Below, piece after piece: positions 61,002 to 64,000 of a DNA stretch of 64,000 bases. The notes below the pieces were generated by a model. That model did not search any database and was not told where the DNA came from. It saw only the letters and a list, made by a program, of their open reading frames with translations. Position 1 is the first letter of the stretch; each line of letters starts with the position of its first letter. The stretch spans positions 352,001 through 416,000 of the forward strand of contig CAXXFL010000005.1 in assembly GCA_963674965.2 (NCBI GenBank), written 5' to 3'. Position numbers and translations under genes: made by a program. The DNA is from a bacterium. Lineage in GTDB: Bacteria > RBG-13-61-14 > DATKZS01.

Positions 61002-61454
61002 ATGGACAAGACCTCGGGAGGCCATTCAAGTAAAAGAAAAATCGCGGCGACCTCGCTCCTGGTCCTGGCCGTATTGCTCCCCGCCATCATGGCCGCTCCC
61101 GCGGCCGGCGGCCAGACCGGCCAGGCCCTCGTCCTTAAAGCGAGGGTCGACGACAAATGCGTTCCTCTTCCCGCCACCCTGACCGTTCCCGCGGGCAAGA
61201 CGGCCTATAACTTTTCCATGGGCGAGTTCAAGCCGGGCAAGTCCTGTAAGGACGGGTCGGTACCCGACCAGAAGGGAATCACCATCAAGAACGCCAAAGG
61301 CGACGCCATCTACATCTGGAGCCAATACAAGCAGGCCAAGCCCTACGAGAAAAACGGGCCCCTCGGCTCCCTCGAGTTGGCCCCCGGCGACTACGCCCTC
61401 ACCGCCGCCGGCGGGGCCGGGGCCGAGGTCGAGGTTTCATACGCCCTGAAGTAA
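61002..61454 (+). CDS. Exported hypothetical protein
   Basis: Signal peptide; beta-rich domain ending LAPGDYALT...EVSYALK. Confidence 0.7.
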   Translation: MDKTSGGHSSKRKIAATSLLVLAVLLPAIMAAPAAGGQTGQALVLKARVDDKCVPLPATLTVPAGKTAYNFSMGEFKPGKSCKDGSVPDQKGITIKNAKGDAIYIWSQYKQAKPYEKNGPLGSLELAPGDYALTAAGGAGAEVEVSYALK

Positions 61455-61663
61455 GGGCGATTTGCAAATGAGAACCTTCTTCTTGAATAACATCAACCAT
61501 ATGAATATCCGCGGGTGGGCCATACGGTTTTGCAAGAAAACGTGTGTCTCTCGCGACGCGAGACGGGTATACCGGTATCAGCCTCTCACGGTTCTTTGAA
61601 AAATCAATTTGACCATTTAACTGCATATAGGTGGAGCCGTACACTCCGACATGCCCCGAGGCG

Positions 61664-62052
61664 CTAGGGCACTTTACGATTGTAATGTCGTATAACCGCG
61701 CGAAAAAAATAGCCCTTAGCATCGCTGGCCGTAATGGAAGATAATGCCTCGCTTATTACCGCGATTAATCGAGGATGCGTTCGCGCCTTGGCGGAGCGTA
61801 AATGATTCTTCACCTTGCTCCACGTCTTTTCGATCGGATTGAAATCGGGAATGTACGGAGGCAGGAACACCAAGCGGGCGCCGAGGGCCTCGATAATCTC
61901 CCGACTTTGGGCGTCCTTATGCACCGAGAAATTATCGGCGACCACCACGTCGCCCGGCCGCAAGGTCGGGCCAGGGACGTGCTTGACAAATGTCTTTTGA
62001 TGAAATAAGAGTAGACCAAGAATCCATTGACGGGGGCGTCAATAATTTCCAT
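61664..62052 (-). pseudogene. IS630-family transposase remnant
   Basis: PGDVVVADNFSVHK and LPPYIPDFNPIEKTWSKVK DDE motifs; upstream IIDAPVNG part is in another frame; N-terminus missing. Confidence 0.85.
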
Positions 62053-62088
62053 TCACATTCACCATATCTCTAATGGAGGAACGTTAAA

Positions 62089-63141
<1,053 letters not shown>

Positions 63142-63161
63142 TCATATATCGACTTTTCCCG

Positions 63162-63201
63162 AAGCCGAGATCGGATAAACCGGTCTCGGCTTTGGCTTTT
63201 T
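63162..63201 (+). terminator. Rho-independent terminator after fbaB
   Basis: AAGCCGAGATCGG-ATAAA-CCGGTCTCGGCTT followed by a T-rich tract. Confidence 0.75.
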
Positions 63202-63238
63202 GACTTCTTCAATGGGCGCGTCAATGTATACAATATCC

Positions 63239-63268
63239 TTGACAAATATTTGTCCGCATGTCTATAAT
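63239..63268 (+). promoter_or_regulatory. Consensus sigma70 promoter with overlapping 14-bp palindrome
   Basis: TTGACA-18nt-TATAAT; GACAAATATTTGTC at 63241-63254. Confidence 0.7.
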
Positions 63269-63624
63269 TCGAGCAGATGAAGATAATAAAGCCGACCCGG
63301 GGAGGAAAATCGATAATTGACGCCGAGCGCGGCTATTTTTCCCAAATTAGCGCTCTCAACAAAATGCATTCTCACCACGAGGGGACCTTGTCGCTAAAAC
63401 CATAACCAACGCCGGCGGGAGGCGGAAATTTCGGATATGAACCGAGCCAGCGGCAAAAAACGCCATGGAGGCGCTTGACCGAAAGAAAGATCGTAAATCG
63501 GGCAGGAAAATAACATAATATAAGGCGGGCGAAAGGCAGGGCCAAAAGACCCCGGGAACTCGCAACCGCCGCTCATCAAAAGACTTAGCGCCGGATTTGA
63601 AATGGAAATCAAGGAGTATTAACC

Positions 63625-64000
63625 ATGCAGAGCAAAGTCACTTTAACAACTATACTGGCCGCGGCCATCACATCCCTTTTCATTCTCGCCGCGCCATGCC
63701 CCGCGCCGGCTCAGTTGAATCCATCGCTGGTGGGAACGTACAACACGCCGGGGGTGGCATATGACGTGCATGTTTCCGGTGATTACGCCTACGTCGCGGA
63801 TAGCGGCCAAGGTCTCCGGATCATCGACGTCTCCGTACCGCAAACCCCGACTCTTGTTGGTTTCTACGGCACGAGCGACGTATCCTACGGGATTTTCGTC
63901 TCCGGTAGTTACGCCTACGTTGCCGACGGTTACGACGGGCTTCGCGTGCTTGACGTCTCCAATCCGACGAGTCCGACGCTCGTGGGCACATACGAAACCA
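63625..64000 (+). CDS. Exported LVIVD-repeat protein (runs off window end)
   Basis: Not in the ORF track. [39 protein letters not shown] signal, then repeats [28 protein letters not shown] and [28 protein letters not shown]. Confidence 0.9.
   Translation, partial: MQSKVTLTTILAAAITSLFILAAPCPAPAQLNPSLVGTYNTPGVAYDVHVSGDYAYVADSGQGLRIIDVSVPQTPTLVGFYGTSDVSYGIFVSGSYAYVADGYDGLRVLDVSNPTSPTLVGTYET

Noticed and set aside
59394-61025. 543-aa minus-strand ORF
   Set aside because: Antisense shadow of pgi
63500-63580. Possible c-di-GMP-I riboswitch upstream of the LVIVD gene
   Set aside because: GAAA and GCAA words are present, but the GGCAAAC...GACGCAAAGC architecture is not

Overview
A GC-rich bacterial chromosomal window. 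The gene content (yebC-ruvCAB, dnaK, pgi, fbaB, galT, CCG/4Fe-4S proteins, VKOR-thioredoxin fusion, HEAT-repeat chemosensory cluster, sigma54 two-component pair) suggests an anaerobic deltaproteobacterial-type host; this is inference. Most genes are housekeeping, envelope or metabolic. The most structured region is a ~20 kb minus-strand signalling locus (33.8-53.7 kb): PAS kinase, NtrC-type activator, a sigma54-type promoter, then RR-cheY-cheA-cheY-cheW-SBP-MCP-outer-membrane barrel-cheW-cheR-HEAT-cheR-cheB-SBP. The two solute-binding proteins (SBPs) have no ABC permease or ATPase, and the MCP has a triplicated 28-aa methylation unit in both arms. A 186-bp MITE carrying REP-like palindromes occurs twice, each copy with its own 4-bp TSD. 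One copy is split inside its REP hairpin by an intact IS481-family element, and this nested insertion lies between two candidate activator sites of the chemosensory promoter. An IS630 remnant and other palindromic repeats are present. I saw no rRNA, tRNA or CRISPR array. All family assignments come from motif recognition by eye; no searches were run.
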